Position numbers and translations under genes: made by a program. A stretch of 45,240 nt of DNA from a virus, in the IMG/VR virus record IMGVR_UViG_3300045988_062454; one strand, written 5' to 3'. The notes under the pieces are model-generated. The model was given only the letters and a program-made list of their open reading frames with translations. It was not told the DNA's origin and searched no databases. Below are positions 28,319 to 36,025 of this stretch, in pieces. The first letter of the stretch is position 1. Each line of letters starts with the position of its first letter.

Positions 28319-30166
28319 ATGGCAGAATTTTCAAAGTTGGTTATCACCAACAAAGGGCAGGCTTTAATTGCAAAGATGATTGCCGGGGAAGGAAACATTG
28401 ACTTCACCAAAATCAGCACTTCAAGCACACAGTATGAAGTTGATGATTTGGAAGCACTCACCGCCTTAACTGGTGTGAAGCAGACTTCCCTTATTTCCAA
28501 AGTTACCCGTACAAACGATGTTGCAATCAAGGTTGAAGCGGCGTTCACCAATACGGATTTAACGGCGGGCTATTATATGCGTACTTTGGGCTTATATGCC
28601 GTTGATCCCGATGAAGGGGAAATCCTGTACGCTGTTACAATCGAAACTTCCGGTAACTGCTATATGCCGCCATATAATGGCGTTACCGTGTCGGGTGCTT
28701 ATGTGCAGCTTGTAACTACGGTTGGTAATGCTGATAGCGTTTCCCTTGAAGTAGATCAGGCGGCAGTTGCTACAATCGGAGATATTCAGGAATTGCAGAA
28801 GCAGATTTCCGATTTGCAGGCGTTTGTGGGCTATACCGATGATGATATTTTCGGTGTGGAAGTGGATTTTGTAAATAAAAAATTCACCCGCCTTGCGGCA
28901 GCCGTAAACCGTACACCGGGGGAAGGTTTTGACGATATTCCTTGCTTTGGCGGGCGTAAACGCTGCAACGTAACCGATGATGGCAGAGTTGCCGCCTACT
29001 ACGGTGAAGCGGGATTTTCCACCACAGGTAAGCTTACACAGGCGATTGACCGCAACCCGGAAGATGTGGAAGAACCTGATACTTCCTTGCAGTTTGCAAG
29101 CGGTACGATTGTTCAAACGATGGTTGAACAGCCTAAGTTTTATTACAAGGTCGTTCCGCTGCTTGTGGAGAATACAGCAAAAGGACAGATCACCCGAAAA
29201 GTACGCTACTATGTTTCCCCCGTTGCAAAGGCTGGATTCAAGCTTCACCCGGCGTTCATTTCCAACGGCAGACAGCTTGAAAAGATTTACCTTGCAGCCT
29301 TTGAAGGTTGCCTTTGGGACGCTTCCGCAGGAACGGGAGGGGCTTACATTTTGGATGATGAACAGGTAGCTTCTTTCACAAGTGCAGTTGGTACAGGTGA
29401 TAAGTTGTCCAGCATTGCTAATGCAAAGCCTATGTCTGGAAAGACACAGAACCTTACAAGGGGAAATGCCCGTATTATTGCCCGGAATCGTGGTACAGGT
29501 TGGGAACAGTCTTATGCCGCAACCGTGGGCGCAACTCAAATTCTGATGCTGATTGAATATGCGTCCTTTGATATGCAGTCTAAAATCGGAAGTGGTGTGA
29601 GTGGTAAAACGGACGATGCAACCAATAATATGGCAGAAAACACCGGGGCAACCGTTAGCCTTGGTAATGCTTCCGGTTCTGTCACTAACGATGGGGGCTT
29701 TAATATTGTATCTTATCGTGGTGAAGAAAACTTTTGGGCTAATATTTGGACTTGGGTTGATGGTATGAATGAACAGAACCCTTCCGATTGGACGAACACG
29801 GAAGATTTCAGCGGTGAATATGGTGATCTGTATGTTGCGGATCACGGGTTTGTAGACGATACAGGAAGTTCCCCGTATGTCAACACCAACCTTCACCCTT
29901 GCTATGGTGAAGGGTACATTTCCGCTTTCTGCTATTCGGAAGATTTTGATTGGATGTTCATTACAGGTGAAGTTTCCGGTAATTCTTCCCTTCCCGTTGG
30001 CGATTACTTTTGGAATCGTTATTCTGGCTGGCGGGTGGTTAGTTTGGGCGGTTTATGGAATTATGGTTCTAGGTGCGGCGGCTTCTATTGGCATCTGACT
30101 TATGCTTCTTCTAATCGCTATCGGATTATCGGCGGGCGGTTGGTGTATGTACCGCAGGCAGCCTAA
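28319..30166 (+). CDS. tail fibre / receptor-binding protein; DGR target with C-terminal variable region
   Basis: 615 aa, follows the baseplate genes. Its last ~48 codons are the VR of the DGR. Confidence 0.8.
   Translation: MAEFSKLVITNKGQALIAKMIAGEGNIDFTKISTSSTQYEVDDLEALTALTGVKQTSLISKVTRTNDVAIKVEAAFTNTDLTAGYYMRTLGLYAVDPDEGEILYAVTIETSGNCYMPPYNGVTVSGAYVQLVTTVGNADSVSLEVDQAAVATIGDIQELQKQISDLQAFVGYTDDDIFGVEVDFVNKKFTRLAAAVNRTPGEGFDDIPCFGGRKRCNVTDDGRVAAYYGEAGFSTTGKLTQAIDRNPEDVEEPDTSLQFASGTIVQTMVEQPKFYYKVVPLLVENTAKGQITRKVRYYVSPVAKAGFKLHPAFISNGRQLEKIYLAAFEGCLWDASAGTGGAYILDDEQVASFTSAVGTGDKLSSIANAKPMSGKTQNLTRGNARIIARNRGTGWEQSYAATVGATQILMLIEYASFDMQSKIGSGVSGKTDDATNNMAENTGATVSLGNASGSVTNDGGFNIVSYRGEENFWANIWTWVDGMNEQNPSDWTNTEDFSGEYGDLYVADHGFVDDTGSSPYVNTNLHPCYGEGYISAFCYSEDFDWMFITGEVSGNSSLPVGDYFWNRYSGWRVVSLGGLWNYGSRCGGFYWHLTYASSNRYRIIGGRLVYVPQAA
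30023..30166 (+). repeat. DGR variable region (VR)
   Basis: It aligns to 30262..30403 at a constant offset of +239. Differences are almost only where the TR has A. Confidence 0.9.
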
Positions 30167-30261
30167 AACCGTTCAATAATTATTGAAAAATTGAAAATAT
30201 GGGGGATTCAGGGAGTTTTGTTGTTTACTCACCGATATAGGGGAGAAAGCAGAAAAAAGAA

Positions 30262-30403
30262 ACCATATAGCAGGTAGCTAAATTAGGCAGTAAATGGAAT
30301 AATGGTTCTAAATGCAGCAGCTTCTATTGGAATCTGAATAATGCTTCTTCTAATCGCAATCGGAATATCAGCAGGCAGTTAGTAAATGCACGATTCAGCC
30401 TAT
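30262..30403 (+). repeat. DGR template repeat (TR), non-coding
   Basis: It is an A-rich copy of the VR and contains an in-frame tag. It has nine AAT codons in the VR frame. The 5' boundary is uncertain by about 10 nt because the flank is A-rich. Confidence 0.9.
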
Positions 30404-30432
30404 GGGGTAGCGTTTTACTACCCCATAGGCTG
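30396..30432 (+). other. 15-bp-stem hairpin at the 3' edge of the TR
   Basis: cagcctatggggtag (30396..30410) pairs with ctaccccataggctg (30418..30432). The loop is cgtttta. Confidence 0.7.
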
Positions 30433-30601
30433 TTTCAAATAAATCTCTGTATTCCTGAATCGCCCCGCCGCTCGGCGGAACAGACAGCCCCCGAAAGGGG
30501 GAAGTTAAAAATAAAATTGGGCTGTATTGGTAGACTTTGAAAGTTTATTTTCAAAGGTTGAAGATTCGGCTTAATGTGCATACAAAGGGAACATTCGACA
30601 A

Positions 30602-31720
30602 ATGAAGCGATATGGAAATCTATATGAACAGATTTGTTCGATGGATAACCTACGCAAAGCCCACCAAAACGCAAAGAAGGGAAAAGGCTGGTATGAGGAA
30701 GTAAAAGAGGTTGAAGCGGATGTTGACGGCTATTTGACACGGCTTCAAGAAATGCTTATCAATCACACCTACCAAACTTCCAAATATGAAAAATTTATCA
30801 AGCGGGAAAACGGAAAGGAACGGGAAATTTTCAAATTGCCTTACTTCCCGGATCGTATTTGTCAATGGGCGATTCTGCAAGTCATTGAACCGTATCTATT
30901 GCGGTATATGACAAAGAACACCTATTCAGCAATCCCTGACCGGGGAATCCATGCGGCGTTGCAAGATGTAAGGGACGCTATGCAAAAGGATGTTCCCGGC
31001 TGTCAGTATTGTTTGAAGCTTGATGTAAGAAAGTTTTACCCTTCTATCAATCACGATATTTTGAAACAGAAATTCAGGAGATTGTTCAAAGATGCTGAAT
31101 TGCTTTGGTTGTTGGATGAAATCATAGATAGCATTTGTACCGCTAAAATTGAAGATATGCGTGATATTTGGTTGCTTGATGAAGATATTGATTCTGAAAC
31201 AGGCATACCAATAGGGAATTACCTTTCCCAATATTGCGGCAACTTCTATCTTTCAGGATTCGATCACTGGATCAAGGAAGAAAAGCGGGTGAAACACTAC
31301 TTCCGGTATATGGATGATATTGTGATATTCGGTGCTGATAAAGCAGAACTTCACCGATTACTAAAAGAAATTGACGCTTATTTCCGGCAGAATTTGAAGC
31401 TGACTATCAAGGGAAATTGGCAAGTGTTTCCTTCTTATGTGCGGGGTGTAGATTTTGTGGGGTATCGAACATTTTTGAATTATACGCTTTTGAGGAAATC
31501 AAGCTGTAAGAGATTCAAGGCAAGGATGGTTGCAATCAGGAAAAAGACGGAAACCGGGCAGATGATGAATTATTCTGAATGGTGTTCCGTGAATTCTTAT
31601 AAGGGGTGGTTAAAGCATTGCGATAGTTACCGCTTACAGCAAAAGTACCTTGCACCGATCCAGCCGGATGCCGATAGGTATTATTTGGAAGTCATAAAAT
31701 CTAAAAGAAAGGCGGCGTAA
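30602..31720 (+). CDS. DGR-type reverse transcriptase
   Basis: Motifs are IPDRGIH, LKLDVRKFYPSINH, GIPIGNYLSQYCGN (the IGxxxSQ DGR hallmark), YFRYMDDIVIFG (YMDD) and VDFVGYR. Confidence 0.95.
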   Translation: MKRYGNLYEQICSMDNLRKAHQNAKKGKGWYEEVKEVEADVDGYLTRLQEMLINHTYQTSKYEKFIKRENGKEREIFKLPYFPDRICQWAILQVIEPYLLRYMTKNTYSAIPDRGIHAALQDVRDAMQKDVPGCQYCLKLDVRKFYPSINHDILKQKFRRLFKDAELLWLLDEIIDSICTAKIEDMRDIWLLDEDIDSETGIPIGNYLSQYCGNFYLSGFDHWIKEEKRVKHYFRYMDDIVIFGADKAELHRLLKEIDAYFRQNLKLTIKGNWQVFPSYVRGVDFVGYRTFLNYTLLRKSSCKRFKARMVAIRKKTETGQMMNYSEWCSVNSYKGWLKHCDSYRLQQKYLAPIQPDADRYYLEVIKSKRKAA

Positions 31721-31722
31721 CA

Positions 31723-31986
31723 ATGGTTGATTACGGAAAAGTAAGAAGCACTGTCAAGCCCGAAAGCATTGTGATTGATGATTTCAGCGTTTGGCAGCAC
31801 ACCAATATTCAAGAAGTTTCTGAAAATGTTGGTGAAGAAAATGAATTCAAAGGGTTTGAATTTAACATGATTCAGTACACCAAAGATGAATTCATTTTAC
31901 AGCAGGCGGCAGAAAATGTTTCCCTGTCACAACAAGTAACAGATATGCAGCTTGCTTTGTGTGAAGTCTATGAAATGATACCATAA
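31723..31986 (+). CDS. hypothetical acidic protein (possibly XkdW-like)
   Basis: 87 aa, starts 2 nt after the RT stop. Confidence 0.4.
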   Translation: MVDYGKVRSTVKPESIVIDDFSVWQHTNIQEVSENVGEENEFKGFEFNMIQYTKDEFILQQAAENVSLSQQVTDMQLALCEVYEMIP

Positions 31987-32003
31987 GAAAGGGGTGATAA
32001 ATT

Positions 32004-32111
32004 ATGGCAAAAATCTATGCTGAACTTATCAGAAAAGGTCTTAAAACCATTGATGATGTACCGGACAATCTCAAAGAAGATGTTCAGGGTATTCTTGGTG
32101 GTGATGACTGA
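32004..32111 (+). CDS. small protein, CD1375/XkdX-like
   Basis: Not in the ORF track (35 aa): MAKIYAELIRKGLKTIDDVPDNLKEDVQGILGGDD. RBS aaaggggtg is present. Confidence 0.5.
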   Translation: MAKIYAELIRKGLKTIDDVPDNLKEDVQGILGGDD

Positions 32112-32161
32112 TGTTTCAGTTCATCATATATCAAATCTTATTTAGAAAGGATGTGAAAGAA

Positions 32162-32287
32162 ATGGCAGTTGTTTATGCAACCCTTATCGTGAAAGGCAAG
32201 AAGGATTTTTCTGATGTTCCTGAAAGAATTCAGGATCAGGTGAAAGAAGTTCTGATTGACCTTGATTTGGCTGAATTGGCGCAGTAA
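32162..32287 (+). CDS. small protein, paralogue of 32004..32111
   Basis: Not in the ORF track (41 aa): MAVVYATLIVKGKKDFSDVPERIQDQVKEVLIDLDLAELAQ. It shares the YA.LI.KG...DVP pattern. RBS aaaggatgtg is present. Confidence 0.5.
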   Translation: MAVVYATLIVKGKKDFSDVPERIQDQVKEVLIDLDLAELAQ

Positions 32288-32310
32288 AGTAAAATATCAA
32301 ATGCTAACTT

Positions 32311-32356
32311 AAAACCCTTATATGGGGCTTATATAAGCCCTGTATAGGGGTTTTTA
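32311..32356 (+). terminator. hairpin plus T-run
   Basis: aaaacccttatatggggctta pairs with taagccctgtataggggtttt. Confidence 0.5.
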
Positions 32357-32383
32357 AGTTACACAGAAAGGCGGTGATACCCG

Positions 32384-32695
32384 ATGGAAAATTTGCTTTT
32401 GGAAACCTATTCCATTGCGCTTCCCATTGTTTTAACTGCTTTGATGGGGTATATTGTATGGCTTCTGCAAAAGCAGAAAAAAGACAGGGACGCAAACAGT
32501 AAAGGCACAATGCTTTTACTTAGGGTTCAGCTTATCGAATACCACGATAAGTACACAATTTTAGGTTCAATCCCTTCTTATGCCTATGAAAACTTTTGTG
32601 AAATGTATGAAGCATATCACGAATTGGGCGGAAATGGGATGATTACCAAAATGAAAGAAGAAATTGACGAATTACATTTGAAAAAGAAAGGGTGA
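32384..32695 (+). CDS. single-pass membrane protein in the lysis cassette (function unknown)
   Basis: It has an N-terminal TM segment IALPIVLTALMGYIVWLL. It lies directly upstream of the holin. Confidence 0.45.
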   Translation: MENLLLETYSIALPIVLTALMGYIVWLLQKQKKDRDANSKGTMLLLRVQLIEYHDKYTILGSIPSYAYENFCEMYEAYHELGGNGMITKMKEEIDELHLKKKG

Positions 32696-32976
32696 ATTTT
32701 ATGAACAACATTAACTGGATTGTAAGGTTTAAGAACAAGGCGTTTTGGGTTGCGCTTATCCCGGCGATTCTGCTTCTGGTACAGGTTGTGGCGGCTGTTT
32801 TCGGCTTCACGCTGGATTTGGGCGATCTTGGGAACAAGCTGCTTGATGTGGTAAATGCGCTGTTTGCCGTCCTTACCATTCTTGGTATCGTGGTTGATCC
32901 GACAACCGCAGGAACGGGTGACAGTGTACAGGCTATGACTTATACCGAACCGAAAAGAAAGGATGATGTAAAATGA
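32692..32976 (+). CDS. holin (phi LC3-family-like)
   Basis: Motifs are NWIVRFKNKAFWVALIPAILLLVQVV and LGIVVDPTTAGTGDS. It has two or three TM segments. Confidence 0.75.
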   Translation: MNFMNNINWIVRFKNKAFWVALIPAILLLVQVVAAVFGFTLDLGDLGNKLLDVVNALFAVLTILGIVVDPTTAGTGDSVQAMTYTEPKRKDDVK

Positions 32977-33914
32977 GTAATTCAAGCTTAGTATCTTATA
33001 CGCTGCTTTCCCCGAACCATTCGGGGAAGCGCACACACGCCATTGACCGCATCACCCCGCATTGTGTGGTAGGGCAGCTTTCCGCTGCAAGTATTTGTGG
33101 CTGTTTTACAAGCCCTGACCGTGAGGCAAGCTGTAACTATGGTATTGGCAAAGATGGGCAGATTTCCCTTTGTGTGGACGAGGGAAACCGTTCTTGGTGT
33201 TCTTCCAGCAATGCCAACGATCAGCGGGCAGTTACGATTGAATGTGCATCCGACAAGGAACACCCCTACGCTATGACGGATGCGGTTTATCAGTCGCTTA
33301 TCAAACTTTGCGTGGATATTTGCCGCCGCAACGGAAAAAGCAAGCTGCTTTGGTTTGGCGACAAGGATAAAACCCTTGCTTATGAGCCGAAAGCGGGTGA
33401 AATGGTGCTTACCGTTCACAGGTGGTTTGCCAACAAAGCTTGCCCCGGCGATTGGTTGTATTCCCGCCTTGGCGATCTTGCCGCAAAGGTAACGGCGCAG
33501 CTTGGCAGCGGTGCTTCCACCCCTTCCACGGATGGGACGCTGTACCGGGTGCAGGCGGGGGCTTTCAAGAACAAAGAAAACGCTGATAGACAGCTTGAAA
33601 AAATCAAGGCAGCCGGATTTGATACTTACATGGTGCAAGCTGGCGGCTACTACAAAATTCAGGTTGGGGCTTACAGCGTAAAAGCCAACGCTGAAAATAT
33701 GCTTGCCAAAGTAAAAGCGGCGGGCTTCGATGCCTTTGTCACCACAGAACAGGGGCAGGCTGTTTCTCCTACCCCGGCAAAGAAATCCGTTGATGAAATT
33801 GCCCGTGAAGTGATCCGTGGAGATTGGGGCAACGGGCAGGACAGAAAGAACAGGCTGACGGCGGCGGGCTATGATTATGCCGCTGTGCAGGCAAGGGTGA
33901 ATCAGCTTCTTTGA
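32973..33914 (+). CDS. endolysin: N-acetylmuramoyl-L-alanine amidase plus SPOR repeats plus a CW_7-like C-terminus
   Basis: The Amidase_2 region is ITPHCVVGQ...CNYGIG...AVTIECASD. The SPOR repeats are YRVQAGAFKNKENADRQLEKIKAAGFD and YKIQVGAYSVKANAENMLAKVKAAGFD. Confidence 0.9.
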   Translation: MSNSSLVSYTLLSPNHSGKRTHAIDRITPHCVVGQLSAASICGCFTSPDREASCNYGIGKDGQISLCVDEGNRSWCSSSNANDQRAVTIECASDKEHPYAMTDAVYQSLIKLCVDICRRNGKSKLLWFGDKDKTLAYEPKAGEMVLTVHRWFANKACPGDWLYSRLGDLAAKVTAQLGSGASTPSTDGTLYRVQAGAFKNKENADRQLEKIKAAGFDTYMVQAGGYYKIQVGAYSVKANAENMLAKVKAAGFDAFVTTEQGQAVSPTPAKKSVDEIAREVIRGDWGNGQDRKNRLTAAGYDYAAVQARVNQLL

Positions 33915-34061
33915 TGGCTGAAAATCTGTTACTATTTTGTTACTAACTGACCGATTTTATATAGGTTTTGCATAGCCTTATATATTGAACAACCTTGAAT
34001 TTATCGACATTTTCAGGGCTTCAAATAAGCGGTCAATTATGGTATAATATCCACAGAATAA

Positions 34062-34100
34062 GCGGGAAGCCTTGATTTTACAGGGCTTCCCGCCTTTTTT
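34062..34100 (+). terminator. rho-independent terminator ending the late operon
   Basis: gcgggaagcc / ggcttcccgc is followed by ctttttt. Confidence 0.7.
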
Positions 34101-34104
34101 GTTA

Positions 34105-35115
34105 CTAATTCGTTATTAGTTCAATGTTCGTTCGCAGTTCTTCTATATTTTTATGAGTGTACACCCGTTCGCCCGTACCCTTCGACTTATGTCCCATAAG
34201 TCTATCAATACACACCTTATTTGCCCCGGCAGAATCAAGCCTTGAACGGAAGGTGTGGCGGCACTCATGCGGGGTATGTTTCATTTTCAGCTTATCCATG
34301 AGGTCAGCCCAAATTTCACGGTATTTGCTTTCGCTTACTTCCTTTCCTTCATACTCAAAGAGATACCCGGCTTTTGACTGTTCAAAGCGTTTCTGAACAA
34401 TACTTTGAATTTTTGAATGTACGGGAACAAGCCTGTTCTTCCCGGCTTCTGTTTTGACACCGCCCCGCATAGTCCATTCTTTCAGGTCAACATTGGCAGT
34501 CCGTAAAGAAAGCATTTCTGAAATCCGAAACCCCGTATAAATGAAGAACAGGATTGAATCCACCCACGGAAGATTTTGATTTTCCCAAAGGCGGGAAATT
34601 TCTTTATCCGTGAAAACTTCCTTGGTTGTTTCGGGGATTGGTTCAGAGGTTAAAAGATTAGAATTACATTTCATAATTATATCTAACTCCATTGCAAAGC
34701 GGTCAAGATGCCCCCACAGGTTTTTGATTGCCCCTTGTGTGGAATATCCTTTCCCGCAGCCGTCAATGCAATCTTGCATTTGGTATGATTTGATTTGCTT
34801 ATAGTTTGTCTTTGCTAATTTGGAACAATGCTTATATGCCGATTTCAAGGAACTTCGATTTGAAGCACCCAATTTTACAGCCCGTTTTTCAAGCCATAGC
34901 GTATAGAGTTCTTCCAGCGTGATTTTGTCCGTCTTAATGTCCCACGGATCATTGTTGTATTGTGCAAGCAGGATAAGCCCTTCTTCCTTAGTAGCAGTAT
35001 AACCAATAGGCTTCTGCTTCCCGGACTTACCTTCTTTCACAATCCACGGTTTACGCCTGTTCCCTGACAGCTTTGTTACTGTTCCGTACCCATTCGGATT
35101 TTTCAATAACATCAC
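34105..35115 (-). CDS. int: tyrosine site-specific integrase
   Basis: The C-terminal motifs are HTPHECRHTFRSRL, LMGH and ERVYTH (R..HxxR..Y). Confidence 0.9.
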   Translation of the reverse strand: MMLLKNPNGYGTVTKLSGNRRKPWIVKEGKSGKQKPIGYTATKEEGLILLAQYNNDPWDIKTDKITLEELYTLWLEKRAVKLGASNRSSLKSAYKHCSKLAKTNYKQIKSYQMQDCIDGCGKGYSTQGAIKNLWGHLDRFAMELDIIMKCNSNLLTSEPIPETTKEVFTDKEISRLWENQNLPWVDSILFFIYTGFRISEMLSLRTANVDLKEWTMRGGVKTEAGKNRLVPVHSKIQSIVQKRFEQSKAGYLFEYEGKEVSESKYREIWADLMDKLKMKHTPHECRHTFRSRLDSAGANKVCIDRLMGHKSKGTGERVYTHKNIEELRTNIELITN

Positions 35116-35238
35116 CGCCCGTCTTGAGAAATGGCGGTCAAAGTGATATAATAAACCTGACCGCCTAAAATCACTTCATCCTGATTTTCGGTCATTCGTC
35201 CCCGTTGGTGTTGCAGCACTGACGGGGATATTTTTTGT

Positions 35239-35784
35239 TTATTGGTCAAAGTAGTTCAAATTATAGGTTACATAAACGGTATCAAAAGTTTTTGTTTCTT
35301 CATCGTAATTGTAAAACTCAACTTGTGCAACCTTATCTGATACGGGTGAAAATTTATGAGTTGTTCCCGTGTCAACAGTTTTCTTTGCATTTTCCCCCGG
35401 TTCTATTCCAAACATGGCAAATATGTTGTCTGAATCGTTCCCTTCAACTTTCCATTGTGAATTTGAAAACAGGCGCAGCTTCACAACGGAATCTTCATAT
35501 AAAATGAATTCAGCATAGCAATCTTCTAAGTTATAGGAATAAATTTGCATTTGGAAATCCCCCTTAGAAGTTTCATTAGTCCAATCTTCTATATTTTCGG
35601 GTTCTCCAAACTCATTTTTCAATTCTTCCGATGAAATTCTACTAAATTTTGAACAGTCTAAAATCACAGACACAAGTTCATCTTGACTTTGATACTTTTC
35701 AGGATTTTGTGCGATGCGTGAAATACCAAAGCACAACGCCCCAACTAAAATCACCGCTAAAGCTATACCGATCTTTTTCTTCAT
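35239..35784 (-). CDS. secreted/membrane-anchored protein of unknown function (lysogeny-module moron)
   Basis: ATG 35784 follows RBS aaagga. The signal/TM segment is MKKKIGIALAVILVGALCFG. The gene is AT-rich. The tracked ORF extends to 35817. Confidence 0.5.
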   Translation of the reverse strand: MKKKIGIALAVILVGALCFGISRIAQNPEKYQSQDELVSVILDCSKFSRISSEELKNEFGEPENIEDWTNETSKGDFQMQIYSYNLEDCYAEFILYEDSVVKLRLFSNSQWKVEGNDSDNIFAMFGIEPGENAKKTVDTGTTHKFSPVSDKVAQVEFYNYDEETKTFDTVYVTYNLNYFDQ

Positions 35785-35827
35785 AAAACCATTCCTTTCT
35801 TGAAAAATAAACTTCAAAACATCCAGC

Positions 35828-35879
35828 CATTCAACTTCAACTTGTTGTTTCTCTTTATATTATTTTTTGTGAAAAAATA
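35828..35879 (-). repeat. 52-bp perfect inverted-repeat copy B (partner at 7788..7839)
   Basis: Its reverse complement is identical to 7788..7839. Confidence 0.95.
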
Positions 35880-36025
35880 TGAAGAACAATAATATTTTTA
35901 CTTCATATCGTAAGAAACTAAAATTAAGTTGAATGACTTGAATGATTCGGTTGCTACAAGGAAATTCAACTTGAATGGAAACTTGAATATAATTGAATTT
36001 TATCTTGGAGTAAAATCTACATATA

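Noticed and set aside
30435-30740. 101-aa - strand ORF in the TR-RT spacer, considered as a possible Avd.
   Set aside because: It is on the wrong strand for a DGR accessory gene and overlaps the RT start. Its sequence is Pro/Leu/Phe-rich and not helical-bundle-like.
30602-31720. The RT considered as a retron, group II intron or Abi-type defence RT.
   Set aside because: An adjacent TR/VR pair with adenine-specific mismatches and the IGxxxSQ motif identify a DGR RT. I saw no msr/msd-like inverted repeats, no intron RNA domains, no maturase or endonuclease extension and no fused effector domain.
31723-31986. 87-aa ORF directly after the RT, considered as an Avd or DGR accessory protein.
   Set aside because: It is strongly acidic, whereas Avd is basic. 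It looks like the small XkdW-type genes that normally follow tail-fibre genes in PBSX-like phages. It is kept as a hypothetical protein.
34020-34048. Consensus-like promoter TTCAAA-17-TGgTATAAT just before the late-operon terminator.
   Set aside because: It would transcribe only the terminator hairpin. It may be a chance AT-rich match or part of attP. It is mentioned under the attP finding but is not called as a feature.
7788-35879. The 52-bp inverted repeats considered as the ends of a mobile element or a dedicated invertible (shufflon-type) segment.
   Set aside because: The intervening 28 kb is the phage's own structural, lysis and integrase block. No serine or dedicated invertase gene is adjacent to either copy. 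Inversion remains an untested alternative, but a transposon interpretation is not supported.
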